Part shown: in pieces, positions 63,885 through 64,000 of the stretch
Numbering within the stretch: the stretch's first letter is position 1
Layout of the letters: each line of letters begins with the position of its first letter
Origin: Perna viridis
Taxonomy: Eukaryota
Assembly (NCBI GenBank): GCA_037379345.1
Contig: CM074511.1
Coordinates: 2,542,001 to 2,606,000 of the forward strand
Direction of reading: 5' to 3'
DNA: 64,000 nucleotides
Made by a program: the position numbers and the translations under genes
Notes under the pieces: model-generated
What the model was told of the DNA's origin: nothing
The model's database searches: none
Seen by the model: only the letters and a program-made list of their open reading frames with translations

Positions 63885-64000
63885 CGTTCTTCAACAGACT
63901 TCATGTAGTTCGGTTTTTACTACTTTAATGTGTCTGATTTGTTTCCAGTCACAATAAATCTGTCAAAATGGAGGACTACATTGTTGCAGTCGACCAGGCG

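Overview
AT-rich eukaryotic genomic DNA, most likely from a bivalve mollusc (Mytilus-like). The organism is inferred from the repeat families and was not checked. The first ~19 kb is a graveyard of nested retroelements: decayed Naiad-type Penelope-like elements, and a degenerate Ty3/Gypsy provirus. The provirus has a GGGAAAC slippery site plus H-type pseudoknot at the gag/pol junction, an internally deleted LINE in its 5' LTR, and an inverted foreign solo LTR replacing its PPT and the start of its 3' LTR. From 20956 to 58031 (+) I assembled by hand a 21-exon, phase-consistent 989-aa type I membrane protein: signal peptide, two LolA/ependymin-like beta domains, an SEA-like region split by a PAN/Apple exon, three more PAN domains, a TM helix and a short tail. 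Five of its splice junctions have been amplified into tandem repeats carrying decoy splice sites. A convergent NDUFS5 gene lies at 61031-61865 (-), followed by a young 652-bp MITE with 14-bp TIRs and a 5-bp TSD. Most short ORFs in the supplied track are spurious or TE fragments.
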